This document shows, one piece after another, positions 1 to 12,706 of a DNA stretch of 64,000 nucleotides. The translations under genes were made by a program, and so were the position numbers. The stretch is from Oikopleura dioica (lineage: Eukaryota > Animalia > Chordata): assembly GCA_907165135.1 (NCBI GenBank), contig OU015566.1, positions 3,534,001 to 3,598,000 of the forward strand, written 5' to 3'. Position 1 is the stretch's first letter, and the number at the start of each line of letters is the position of its first letter. The notes below the pieces were generated by a model that saw nothing but the letters and a program-made list of their open reading frames with translations, made no database searches and was not told the DNA's origin.

Positions 1-931
1 TGGCTCTAGAAAAATCTCAGCTTCTTCGAGGATCCCTTTCGCCAAAAGAGCAAAAAGACCTCATCACCGGAACCACTTCCCTCGAGGAATGCATCAAAGA
101 CGCGTTTTTCATCCAAAGCGCGATTCCAGAAAACCCCGATTTGAAGAAAAAGGTCTTCAAGAACATCGCTGAATTGGTGGAAAAAGATGATGTTATCATT
201 TCTTCTTCAACTTCTTGTTTGATGCCAGATATAATTTTCAGCGACAGCGCTAGAAAAAGCCAGTCGATCATTTGCCACCCGGTCAATCCTCCTTATTACG
301 CTCCGATGGTCGAGATTATTCCTCACGATGAAACTACACAGGTCAGAAAACTGGGTCCGAAGCCCGATTACATTTGATTTCAGGATATCAGAAAACGTAC
401 TCGAGAAATCATGGCCGAAGTTGGTCAAAAACCCGTCCTCCTGAATCGAGCCATTGATGGCTTTGCCCTGAATAGAATCCAGTACTCCGTGATCAACGAA
501 AGCTGGAGACTCGTTCAGGATGGAATCATGTCTCCTGAAGATGTCGATACTGTTCTTACAGGTTTCTTTCTCTGAAAAAATTTTGGTGTTAAAATTTTTG
601 ATCAGCCGGTCTTGGAATGAGATACGCAACAATTGGACCTTTCGAGACAATTCATCTCAATGCCGAAGGAGTCAGGTAACCAAATCAGGCTCTAGAAACG
701 AATAAATCACGGTTTTCAAGGGAGTACATGGAGAAATTCGCGAGTTCAATAAAACGAGTCTCTGCCACTTTTGGCCCGACCCCTGATTACAGTGGAGAAG
801 CGCTGGAAAAAATCTGCGACATGATTGAGGCGAAAATTCCGCTCGACCAAATGGCAAAACGAAGGGCAAGAAGAGACAAACTTCTCGCCGGAATGGCGAA
901 ACTGCTCAAAGAACTTGATTCTGAAGAATAA
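1..931 (+). CDS. CRYL1: Lambda-crystallin / L-gulonate 3-dehydrogenase homolog, 5'-partial
   Basis: Spliced frame gives ..SAIPENPDLKKKVF..ISSSTSCL..CHPVNPPYYAPMVEIIP..LNRAIDGFALNRIQYSVINESWRLV..GLGMRYATIGPFETIHLNAEG. GT-AG introns 342-383, 562-605, 676-720; TAA 929-931. Confidence 0.9.
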
Positions 932-1159
932 AATTTCAAAAAAAAAAATGCAAAATGAATGAATTTCGAAAACATCGGTTCCAAAAAGATTGCAGCAGTC
1001 TCTAGAACTTGATTTACTTTTTACTTGTTATGCAACCATTACTATCAGTTTCAGTTTTTAAAGAAAAAGAACGCCCCGCACCCTCAAAAAACGGGGAAAA
1101 TGCAGGGTGTGCGCCCAAATTGGAACCAAGAAATTCCACAGTATTGGTTAGACAAAGGA

Positions 1160-3413
1160 ATGGATGCAGAAACTATTGAAAAATGGTACATTGTCGTCAG
1201 AATCAGTAAGTTTGTCGAAGAAAAGATAAGACAAATGCCTTTTAGTTGCACTTTGCTTAATTGCGATTTCGGTTTTCAATTATGTTTTCACATGGTGGAT
1301 TCGAAAGAACCTCTCTCCTCTGAAGAAAATCGGAGATGAACCCCTAACAAGAATCGAAAGATATGCTCAAGCTTGTAAGCTTGGCCAAGAACCTGCGATG
1401 AATTTCATCTCTTCCACCCTTATAACGAACGATAGAGTTTACATTATTCTTCGGATGATTCTCGCCCTTTGGTCATTATTTTTGACAGCTGCTGCTCCTG
1501 AAGGCTTGCGGACGCCATTTTTTGCTACGTATTATCCAACTGGTACAGTTTTTTTCTTCTTTTGTGGACCCTATTTTTGTGGACATTTTCTTCATTTTAA
1601 GGGGTTTTCGTGGGACACTTTTGCAAGGATAATGTTCCACTTTTGTGGACATTTGTCCAGCCGAAAAAAATTAAGAGGAAAAAATAGGGTGATTTTTTCA
1701 AAAATTAGAATTTTTTTGATAAGAAATCAATGGCTTTTACTGTTTAATTGACCAAAAATGGTAAAAAAAAGGCAAAAAAATGCGTTTCGATGATGAAATT
1801 TGCCAATTTTCGAAGAAAAATTTATCGAAGAAAAAATTTTAAGCCCCTATGGCGGGACATTTTTTGGAATACTGTTGCCCACTTTTGTGGACATTTTTAT
1901 GAAAATTTGGGACAAAAAATTTCCACAAAAAAGGAAAATAACTGTATATTTTTTGAATGTTTTTTTTAAAAATATTTAGCGACAATCATCACAATCTACG
2001 TCAATTTCAACCGCGAACTCATTGTCGAAGGATTCGGTTCTAAAGTTCAAACTGTCAACAAAATCATCTCATGGCTATTCAACTGCACGGTAAATTCTAT
2101 TGTAAATACCCTGATTCTGTCAATTCATTAAGGCCCCACTAAGACTCTTCATTGCAATTAGTTGGTGGACAAAATGGTTCGGAATCGCTAGATATCGAGA
2201 AATGTCTAGACCAGGGTTCTAAATCTGAGCTGAAAATCAGAAGTCGAGTCGAGTCGAGTCGAAAGGCTATCTGAAAATCCCAAGTCGAGTCGAGTCGAAA
2301 GCGTTTTTGAAAATCGCTAGTCGAGTCGAGTCGAGTCGAGTCGACTTAATCGACTTATTAGTCGAAAAGTCGAAAACTGGAAAAATATATAAATTTAGTC
2401 GAAAAAGTCGAAAATAAGTCGAAAAGTCGAAATTTAGTCGAAAGTCGAAAGAAAAGTCGAAAAGTCGAAAGCAAAATAGTGATTATTTTCGACTTTTTCG
2501 ACTAGATTTTCGACTTATTCGACTAGATTTTCGACTTATTCGACTAGATTTTTCGACTTTCTCCTTAACATTGCTCTCGACTTTTTCGACTAGTCGACAA
2601 TCTAGTTGACTCCTAGGGTCAAGTCGAGTCGAGTCGAGTCGACTTATTTTCCCAACCAGTCTAGTCGAGTCGAGCTAGTCTTTTCGACTTAGACTCGACT
2701 CGACTTCGACTTTAGTCGAAACTCGACTAGTCGATTTAGAACCCTGGTCTAGACCCGCGGATTTGCCAGTTTTTGTTCTTTTCAATAAAGAATTTGCACC
2801 GACCGTTTTCATGCTTACCGAGTTGCTTTGGTTCGATACTATGGGTAAATAAGAAAAATGTACAGTCATGATTAAATTTCAGTAACATTTTGCGGCGCTT
2901 GGGCAGCAACAATTACTGGCAATCTTGTCGTTCATGGAATTCTCAATGATATGGTCGACGAACCTCCTCAAGCTCTCGCGTAAGATCTCATTCTTCAACT
3001 CTTTCAGATATTTTTAGTGTCCCGATTGAACATCCGGCCGCACATCTCCATGTTTTCTATTTTTTCGTCTTTGGAATGCCGCTCATTCAATGGGTCTTGG
3101 CGACTTTTTGCTTGGTGAAAGTTTGGATCTTCAAGAAACTTCCTGTTATTGGTGAAAGATTACGCTTGCGCCAGGAATGGTTTATGAAATAATTCTAACA
3201 AAAATATTATATTAATCTTTGTTATTTTCAAGCGAAAACCAATCAAAGAAATGCATTGCAAATTTCCGAAAACGACAGGCTTTCAATGCTTACTTCAAAG
3301 AGAAAAGCGATGCTGATGAATTAAAACGAAGAGAAACAACAAAAAGTGTCTTTAAAGATCTTGGTCGATATTCAACTAGAAAATCTGTTGCGCCAAGAAG
3401 AATCAAAGCATAG
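1160..3413 (+). CDS. Multi-pass membrane protein of unknown family; one exon interrupted by a hAT-type MITE
   Basis: ATG 1160 (MDAETIEKWYIVVRI/IALCLIAISVFNYVFTWWI..), several hydrophobic segments, in-phase GT-AG junctions (e.g. 1543-1979), stop 3411-3413. Confidence 0.65.
1546..1944. mobile_element. Tc1/mariner-type MITE (TA target duplication), intronic
   Basis: TA|CAGTT..AACTG|TA, imperfect ~24-bp TIRs, internal TTTGTGGACATTTT subrepeats shared with the 7437-7846 element. Confidence 0.8.
2212..2746. mobile_element. hAT-type non-autonomous element with internal (GTCGA)n/(TCGAC)n foldback repeats
   Basis: Perfect 14-bp TIR CAGGGTTCTAAATC / GATTTAGAACCCTG; identical 8-bp flanks GTCTAGAC at 2204-2211 and 2747-2754, matching the NTCTAGAN target preference of Charlie-type hAT elements. 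Confidence 0.9.
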
Positions 3414-3668
3414 AAACTCAGAGCGTTTTCTTCAAAAATACAATATTAATAAATTTATTCTTCAGAAATAATAATCAAAATACCGGATATCAGAGGCTGA
3501 TGAAATGAAGTCCCGGGGTTTTAATTCTCTCCAAATAAAACTCATCGTCTTTTTTATCAAAAATCAGTTTGAAGGAGTCCATTTCTGAATTTGCATAAAT
3601 AAATATCTCGCCATAGTTTTCTTTTCTCGAGTTTTTAAAGCATTATACGCTTCATTGTGAGATCGCTC

Positions 3669-5760
3669 TTAAAAACCCGAGACAAAGACATTTATATCCT
3701 TGAAAAAGGGGTGAGATAAATATCCCCCGTGATTAAAATTCGTTTCCATTTGACCAATACGAAGAAATCGCCCGCTATAATACCTATAAAGAATGATAAA
3801 ATACTCCGATTTTGTATAAATGTTTCGTTCTTCTGGTCTTTGAAATTCTCGCCAGCGAAATGTTGCGATAAAAAGGACCCCTTTTCTGTCCGGAAAAGGG
3901 CAAAAATCGTTGATTTGGGTGTCATAAGGAACTGTTATTCCAAGAAAATCGTCAGAAACATGAGAAGAATTCGTAAAGTTTCTGCTCCAAAAAGGATCTT
4001 CATAAATAAGCTCGGTCCATTCGCGATTTTTGTCTCGAAGAGTTTGAATTTTTATGTCATGTGAAGTGTACGCATTCACATTTACAACACTCAGTTCTCC
4101 ATTGAACACAAAAGCGTGCCGGCGACTGTCTAATTCAGACGTTTTCAATCGAGCTGGAATCTCAAGAACGCTTTTGCGCCCATTTTTCAGCGGATTGAAA
4201 AAGAAACAGTGTTCAAAATATTTCATCGTCGAGCAAAAGTAAAACAAGCCATTGTAAACAGCAGCAATGCTAAAATGTCCTGAAAACAGGAAAATGTTAT
4301 TTCGCCCGTATCTTGAAAGCATCAACTCTGATTCGACTCCAATATCCGTTATCTCAGCAGTTTGTTCGTCGAGAAGATAAGTTTTGAGATGAGAATCGAC
4401 CAAATAATGCCTTCCTTCGAGAAAAAGCGGCGCCAGTGGAAGCTCGTCATCTTGAAAAAAATGAAGTTTCTTTAAAAATAAATTGCTCTTACAGTATTTG
4501 ATAAAATCGGAACGATAGCTCTTCAAAGTCCTCAGTTTTCTGTCCTCGCCGAATTTCAGATAAACTAGAAAAGGGCCATATAATATGGCCCATATTGAAG
4601 TGAAGAAAAGATTAAAAACTTGCCTATTCTGTCAAATATTTCTTTCTTTTTGAAATTTTTTGGGTCGACTGTGGCAAGGCGGGAGAAAAGATCATTGATT
4701 TTGGGCGCTGGAGCATGTTCGATATAATAATCAAAATAATAGACTGATCTTTTTGTGATCTTTTTCGTAAAAAGAGGATGCCCTTTTTCATAGAACCAGG
4801 CAAGAGGGGCGTTTTTTGGATCAATATGTTCGCATTGATAATAAACGCACGGGCATCCGGAGGAACAGAGCGGTTCAAACGGGCAAATATCGTCGGCTTC
4901 TCCTTTTTCGCTCAAATGAGATTTGCAGATTTGCTTACAAACTACAGCATCAGCGCTGTCGATCTTCGAGCAGAGTTTTTCGCACATTTTCAAATCTAAA
5001 AAGGGCTGAAAACGGCGTTTTACTGCATAAAGGTACCGTAGAAATTTAGCCGCTTGCATCTTTTTAGGTTGATTTCTTGTTCTTCTTCAGTAAAATTATC
5101 AGCTCGAACCGTTTGTGCAGATTTCGCCACAGTCAAAATTGGGCGAGGGTAGATAAACTCTTCATTTTCTCTCATGCAAGTCGAAAAACTCGAATAGCAA
5201 TCTTCGTATGGAAAGTTTGAAAGGCAGTTCTTGAAATTTCTCCCGCAATTGAGAGTTTTGAAGGTATATTTTGGCGCGAGATTTTTGACGCTAGCAAAGT
5301 TTGTACCAAGAATAATGCTTTGCCAGAAAAGAAAACCGCATATAACATAGGCCCATTTTTGTTTATCAGTAGAAGAACCGCTAAGAAATGATTATTTTAT
5401 AATTTAAGTTTTGATACAAACTGAGATCTCAGACCAAAGGACCGATCCGTTTTGAAATCATGGAGGTGTTTCCATTGCCTTGGTACCAGAACAACTTTAT
5501 CTTTCACCTTTCTTACCAACCCAACGCAATGGCATTCCAAGCACTAGAATTTTCAATCTCTAATCAAGCTAGTTTTACGCACCTCTACTGGAACTTGAGC
5601 GGAATTCATTTTTTCCGGTTTCAGTTTTGAAAAATTTTAAGAGGAGACGTTACTTTATTGCTGAAAATAATGCCAAGCGGAGACATCCCATCAAAATGTC
5701 AGCCAAAATTTGTGCTGGTGTGAATAGTATTTAGCGCAACGGTCTGAACTTTCAGAGCGA
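3669..5760 (-). CDS. Cys-rich (CxxGCPC-type) protein with a C-terminal beta-rich region; 5' structure unresolved
   Basis: ORF 4565-5059 has ICPFEPLCSSGCPCVYYQC; ORF 3669-4526 is a 285-aa terminal exon; no clean start codon was found. Confidence 0.5.
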
Positions 5761-5887
5761 CAGACAGGTGTGAAACGGTTTCATCAGCAGAATCTGATCA
5801 GCTGGTAAGATAAAATAATAGTAGAGTAATTTTCATGAATCATTTATTTACATTTTCCTCAAACGAGCAGTTTTCTCAAAGAAAAAA

Positions 5888-8315
5888 TCAGTTATTCGCG
5901 GCGCAGGAAGGAAAGTCCCCACAATCCGACCACCACTCTACTCCGCACTCGCCATAGTAGTCCATCACATCGTGGATTATATTGTAAGAAGTTTTGAAAA
6001 TGTGGTGATTCGAGCACGTGATTTCCAGCTGGCTCTCGCCAACTAGCTCGTCCGCAAGGTGATACCCGTCCTTGCACTTGATTCGGCACTAGAATTTCAA
6101 TTTAAAATTCACCGCGGACTCGTGTTTAGAATTTACCTTGGATCCATATTTCACCTTGCCCCGGACTCGCTCATCTTCGTGGTCTTCTGGCCAGTATTCG
6201 TCGCAATCCAGCTCCTGGAATTCCGCCTCTGGGTTGCCATCGATCCAGTTAGGATCTTCAAAGCCTTCGGAAAATGTTCCGATCAAGTCATCAATATTCG
6301 GCGAGCAAGCAGCGACCTCGCATCGTTGGATTTTATTCTCGCTGAAAACGCATCGTCCAAGCTCATTGCACTCACAGGTCGAAGTTTTCGAAAACCACGT
6401 GCCGTAAATTTCTGTTTCCTGGCATTTAGCTTGACAAACTGCTCCCTGAGGAAAGCCATCGACCATGGCTTGGGCGTAGTCGATTTGGACGCCATCAGCT
6501 GTCTTGCAGTCCATTTCGTTCCCGTCCAAGTTATCGGGCCAGTATCGCTCGGGATTCGGGAAGCAAATAGCTGGCTCGCAGTTGGCCAGGTTTGTCTTCC
6601 ACTGACATCGTGTTGCGTTTCGGCAGTCGCAATTCTTTGTCGTCTTTCTTCCTCGGATGACGAAGCCAGGTGGACAGGATTTTTCGCAAAGAGATTGGTC
6701 GGCGTTGGAATCGGTGCAATCCCAGAGCATGTCGGAGGGAGAGATGCCGAGGGCGATTTCGTAGTCGGAAATTGGGATGACGGAGGGGCAGTGCCAATCG
6801 GCTGGGGGAGCAGGAGTGGTGCTCGTTGTTGTGGTCGTGGTTGTGGTGGTGGTGGAGGTCGTGGTGGAAGTGGTGGTGGTGGAGGTTGTTGTAGAAGATG
6901 CGGTTGAAGAAGTTGTAGAAGGCGTGGTCGTGATTGGAGTAGTTGTTGATGTCGTTGTCGACGTTGTTGTTGTAGCAACATCACACGGGGTTACATAAGG
7001 AACCCCATTCCATTTGGTATGGTTGATGCTTTAATTTGTTTTATCAAAAATACACGTCCTGCTGGAGCGATCATTTAGTTTAACGAGTTTATCTCCATGT
7101 TTTTAACTAAACGCAGGAAGCTAGATTAGATGATATTTTGGGATCGAGATTGTAGATTCTATAATGATTCCAACAATGATGCAACATTTTCCTTGCGATG
7201 CTTCCTCGGAAATTGAAAAAGTAGTTGCAGTTGCTGCCATCACACACGCATTTGAGTTTTTTGTTCGATGTGAGTTTTGTTCCATTCGGCTTAAAAAATG
7301 ATTTTAAAAGCTGTCGTCAAAAATCGACGAAAAACGTGGTCATTTTCTTTAACGACGGGATACCCTTAAATTACCACAGACCTGATTGCATTCTCTGAAG
7401 CAGACGTTGTTCTCTGCCTCAAGCCCGCTTGCTGTACAGTTTTTTATGGAATTTGTGGACATCAAATTTGTGGACATTTTTCAGATTATAAGGGGTTTTC
7501 TTGGGACACATTCTAAAAAAGAGGGTATCAAATTTGTGGACATTTTTTGTCAATTGATATCTTTTACTTCTAAATTTATAGTCGTACTTTCGTAATTGAA
7601 GCCAATTTTATCTGCAAAGAACTGTTTTTCGTCAAAAATCTTAATTTTTGTTTAGATTTACGTCTTTAGATTCAATCTTGTATTCTTTTTCTCATTATTT
7701 TTTGAGAAAAATCATCAAATTTTCTTTCTAGGAAAAAATTTAAACAAGTTCGTTGGGACATTTTTTTCGAGGCTCTGTATCAAATTTGTGGACATTTTTC
7801 AGAAAACTAGGGGACAAAAAATGTCCACAAATTCCATAAAAAACTGTATATCCTCTTTTGCAACCATCAGATCTCGTGTACGTCTTCGTATTCCAAATTC
7901 CCAAGTCAGCCGGATTGCATCCTTTTTCGATACATTCTGGGACGTCTTCGACCAAACTGCCATCAGAGTAGCACTTGATCGTACCAAATTGCTTCTTGTC
8001 GGCCGAGCAGCTGACGAACCAATCGGAGAAGGTTCCAGATTCATGGAGGAGGATTTGAGCTTGCTTTCGGATCTTGCCCTTGTTGGTCAAGGTTTGGCCC
8101 TTTATAGCTCCGCGGAGGAGGAGGGTGGAATTGGAGAGGAGGTGCGAGATGTCGCATCCTAAGAATGATCTTCAGAAAAATGATATTTCAGGGGAGGTTT
8201 TTATGAAAAGAATCTCTTTGTTATCTTCTGAAAAATTTTGAAAAAAAATCTCTCTTTTCTTACCGACAGTAGACGCAGCCGCCTGAGAAATCAAAAATGC
8301 CGACGAAAGTTTCAT
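5888..8315 (-). CDS. Secreted Cys-rich protein with sushi/CCP-like modules and a Thr/Pro-rich linker; one exon interrupted by a Tc1-type MITE
   Basis: Signal-like MKLSSAFLISQAAASTV at ATG 8315; CCP-like blocks (C..VCQAKCQET..C, CRIKCKDGY); TTT/P tract ~6820-6980; last exon ..WWSDCGDFPSCAANN*. Confidence 0.75.
7437..7846. mobile_element. Tc1/mariner-type MITE (TA target duplication) inside a coding exon
   Basis: Perfect 26-bp TIR CAGTTTTTTATGGAATTTGTGGACAT; TA at 7435-7436 and 7847-7848. Confidence 0.9.
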
Positions 8316-8541
8316 TTTTTCTCTCGTGCACTTGAAAAAAGTATGCTTGACAAGCGTCGACGCTCGTTTATTACCTTTTCGTGAACGCTCAGGTGGCGCC
8401 CGCGAGCGAGATCGAGTTCGCTAGAATTCGTCAAAGTGTGTCTTTTTAGAGACCTGGGTGGTTCTAAACCTGCTGTTTTGTTACGAAATAATTATTGATT
8501 CAAGCTTTTTTATTACTTTTTTTATACAGAAAGTTTATTTT

Positions 8542-11500
8542 TTAGTGAAATCTTCTGTGAACAGGCAATTTTCTTCGTTGGAAAAATCCGCATCTCCACA
8601 AAATGATCAGCATCGTGAAAAAACTGATGAAAATAGCGGCAACGATCAAGGCAATCAGCCACCATTCCATACTCGGTCCGTATGCTTGCACCAAAATTTC
8701 CTAAAACGAAAAAATTGGGGAAAATTTTTTTCTGAAGAATCAAACCTGATCGACTCTGAAAACATTTTTACTGGCAAGTTCTCCCTTGAGCATCGAGTTT
8801 TCAGAGTTGATTTCAGCATTCCACTCGATATCGAAAATATTCGAACCTAAATTTTGAATGAAAAAAATTTTCTTCGTTGAAATTTAACCTTCAAAATGTT
8901 TTTGAAGAGCTCGATGAGAAATCGCAGTTTGGATTCGAATCCAAGCGTTGTCATTTGCATTCAAGGATTCGATGTTGCAGACGACTTCGGAGCACTCGAT
9001 CAAGTCTGAGTCGCAATTAAGGGTGTGGCTCTAGAAAAAGATTGATAAGATTTCGGGGAGTAGTTTCTTCGAACCTGAAGTTTGATCATTCGATGAGTTT
9101 CGTCTTCTACAAAATCAAGGACGCTGGATCTTTTTGATCTTTGAGGAATCAGCTCCTAAGGAAGGAAAATTCTAGAGCTGGAAATTTGTCATGTGTCTTA
9201 CCTTGTAAGTATTGACGAAATCAAACTTGTCAGGATTAAATCCCTCGGCCAGGTGGCATCGGCTCTTGAGGTCGATGTCTTTGATAACCACTGAATCCAT
9301 CGGATACATTAGAAAATCTCCGTTTTTCAGTTTCTAGAGCAACTTTTTAAATAGCCACTAAAATGAGTTTACCAAAGGAATCTTGACAGAAACAACCAAA
9401 TCATTCGCCGGTGTCGCTCCTCGATTCTTGACAACCAAAACAGACTCGACTCGATCGCCAAAATCGCCGATGTTACCAGTGCTCGCCCCTCTATCTCTAA
9501 ATTGATCTCATCAATGAGAAATTTAAGATCTTGTTACCTTCGAATCTGACTGGGGGAATACTTGATTGGGATGAATTCAGGACGAGTAGCGGTGACAAGT
9601 TCAACATCAGCCTCGAATTTCAAGTCGCCGAAAGTGTGGATGGTAGCTTCATCGGATCCGCCGTATCCCCAGCTCTAGAATTATTGTATAAATCTGCATT
9701 CACACTCATTTTAACGTTGATGATAATATTGTTTATCTAATTTCGATATGATAAAAAGCATAAAAGTTTAATTCTTTTCGAAACTATCATCAACATGGTC
9801 TTTTACCAAAACCTACCGAAGGTCCTCTAGAAGATCTAGAAAGCTCATCCCTCCTCGGATTCTTCGTCTTGTGGCTCCAAACCTCCATTTTCAAGTCGAA
9901 GCTCGGGCTCACATTTTCGCGAACATAGATAATGTCCAAATCCAACTCGACTTTCGCTTTGCTTCCAGTCAAAAATGGATTTCCGACTTTGCAGGTGATT
10001 TTATTGAATTTGACGGTGATTTCTTCGAAGCAGGAAAACTCGGACTCTGATTTTTTGCCCGAAAGAAATTTGATAGAGAAGTCGGCCAATTTGATGAAGG
10101 ATCGGAAATATGCGGTGAAACCGGCTTGGTGGGCGTCTTCCCCGTCATTTGTCAGGACAACCGACCATCTGAAAAAATAAGGGTTCCCTCTTTTTTTGAG
10201 TAAAAAAACAACCTTGCTTTGGGCAAATTCGATGATCCAAAGACAACTTCCTTGCCACTTCCGGCCGTCATCTTTTGCCAGTTTCCTTTAGCATCTTGCA
10301 CCTCTAGAATTTGCTCGGCCGCCTTCAAATTATCTTGGCAAAAATGAGGATCAGCGCAGTTGTTCTTGATCTGAAGGAATTTCGACTCTCGATCTTGACC
10401 ATTTGTTCGGATAATTGGGTACTCGTTGATATCCGCCAAGTCGCTAGAAAAATGGGTGAAGAAAAAGCCGAAGAAAAGCGATAAACCTCCTGGTGAGCTC
10501 AGTATCTTCAAGCGAAAATTCAAGGCTTATGTCGATCGGACTCAGTTTGTCACTCATCTCTCCTTGCAAAAAGACCTTGAGCTCATCAAAACACTCCAGC
10601 TTATCAGCTTCAATTTCAATCTGAGTTTTCGCCTTGACAGAATTCGTGAAATCCTTCCATCCTCCGATTCTTCCCCGAGGAGTTTTATTTTCTAAACGAA
10701 TTTTCAACCTCGAAAATTTTGAAAAAGCTCACCTTCTTCGGAAAGAGAATCGATGATGACTCGATAGTTGAGCATTTTATTTCCTTGGATTTTGTCGATC
10801 GAAGCGTGGTCGAATTTGTAGCAGACTTTGACATTGAAGCAGGTGTATTTTTCGCCGTTTTCGTCGCATTGTTTTGGTTCTGAATCAAATACCATAAAAT
10901 TCAATCTCAATGAAGCAACTGCTCTCTTTTAATCGTCGGTTTGTTTGACTATTAATAAAGAGCAGCAATAATGGTACTTAAGTTCTTCTGGACTCTTACC
11001 ATCTAGATCAATCGACTGAATCTCCTCTCCATCAAAATCCGTCATTGAAATCAAGGAAGAGATCGAAATCACCGGTCTCGTCGGAATTGCCACAATCGCA
11101 TCTTTTCCTCCAACGAGCAAGTCAGGATGTCCATTCTTGTCGAAATCTTGCCCACCAGAAACCGACATTCCAAAAGCATCGATGTCAAAATCTTCTCCAG
11201 AAAGCACTTGAGTCGGATTTTTTGAAAGACTTTTTCCTCCATTGTAAATAAAGACTTTTCCTGCTGCTGGAGCGCCGATGATGAGTTCTTCGAAACCATC
11301 GATATTCGCGTCTTTTCCATTCGTCAAGCTTTTGCCAAAGCTGCTGCCTGCGGAGCCGACGAGAACAGAAGCCTTTTCGAAGGGTTTTTGATCAGAATTC
11401 TGGGAGGAGAGGAAAACAAAAACAGCGCCACCGATGTCGTTTCCGTCCGATCCTTTGTCGAAAAATTGAGGAGCGCCAATGACGAGATCGTCGAATCCGT

Positions 11501-12706
11501 CTCCATCAAAGTCCAAGCTCGTCATACTATAAGAAGGCTCTATTTTCAAGCTTTTTTTAAGGTCCCGAGTGAAATTCTAGAGCCCAGCCTGTAGCCAAAA
11601 GAACTCGTCAAACCAGTCGGTCGTTTGAAAAAATCAAGAAAATGTTCTCTTCCATCAATGAACAATTCCTCAATTTCTCGAAGATTTCGCCCATCATTTC
11701 GATAAAATCTCACGGCGCCATAGTAATTCTCTCCTGGAAGGCCAGTAACATACAGTGCTTCTCCAGGAAAGCCCCGGACATTCCGAAGAATGAGAACAGA
11801 AGAGCCAGAGTAAGAATCTTTCGGTTGATTGAGTTCTCTGCACCAGTGATTTTTGCCTGCCTTTCCAACTTCTTCTTGACAAAGTTCTGAAAAAACAAGC
11901 GAATCTTCTCGGGAAAGATCAGCTGCGGCGACGAGTCCGGACCAGGCAAAAGCACCAGGAGCGCCTAGAATCAGATTTTCGCGGTCGACAAAGGCGGAAG
12001 AGCCGATTTGCGATTTGGCGTACCAGAATGTATGTTTTCGGATTCTAAAAGAGTAAGAGAGTTTTTCCGCGATTTTCTTACTTGTATTTCTTGCCAAGTT
12101 CATTGACTGGATTCTTGAGGTCGCTTCTCAGCCGCCAGTTGACGCTCTTGCTCGCTAGGCAACTTCCAGTCAATGATTGAATCGGATTTTCAATTCTTTC
12201 TCCATTGAGATTTGTAAAACTGGGAAATTCCTTGTAAAATTTTGGCGCGCAAGAAACCAAGAATCCATTGTCGGAAGAAAGGGTCATTCCGAACATCGAG
12301 TTGTTGTACTCTTTAGTTAGCTGATCATCAAAGAGCGGGGCACAAGAAGTCGATTCTTTCTCGAAAGAACATTTGAAGACTCCGCCGGTTTTGCCATTCT
12401 TTTTCGATTCTAGAGTTGGCGCCCCGACGAAGATTGAATCCTCATCGAAGTCAAGAGAGTAGCCGAAGTTGGAGCCCGAGGGCCCGCGCTCAGTAATTGC
12501 CCAGTCTTTTTCGTAATTGAAAGCGGCGGAGAAATGACTGTAATGAGTTGAAAAAAGGGATGAATTTACAAAGAAGAAATATTCTTTATAAAGAAAAATT
12601 CTTTCCAGAAATTATAGAAAGAATCCATTAGAAACCATAGTTGAAAATTTAATTCAGAATTTTTTCAAACTTTCCTGTTTAAAATCAAAAATCCAGCAAG
12701 CTTCAT
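8542..12706 (-). CDS. Integrin alpha subunit
   Basis: FG-GAP repeats (FGYSLDF..FVGAP, DFDGDGFDDLVIGAP, DANIDGFEELIIGAP, DFDKNGHPDLLVG), C-terminal TM WWLIALIVAAISSVFFTMLIILW followed by CGFFQR (GFFKR-type motif); TAA 8542-8544. Confidence 0.93.

Noticed and set aside
2240-2735. (GTCGA)n repeats as a CRISPR or satellite array
   Set aside because: Eukaryotic context, no repeat-spacer periodicity; explained as the interior of a TIR element.
6059-6998. Long + strand and alternative-frame ORFs (e.g. 6059-6907)
   Set aside because: Antisense or off-frame shadows of the Cys- and Thr-rich coding exon.
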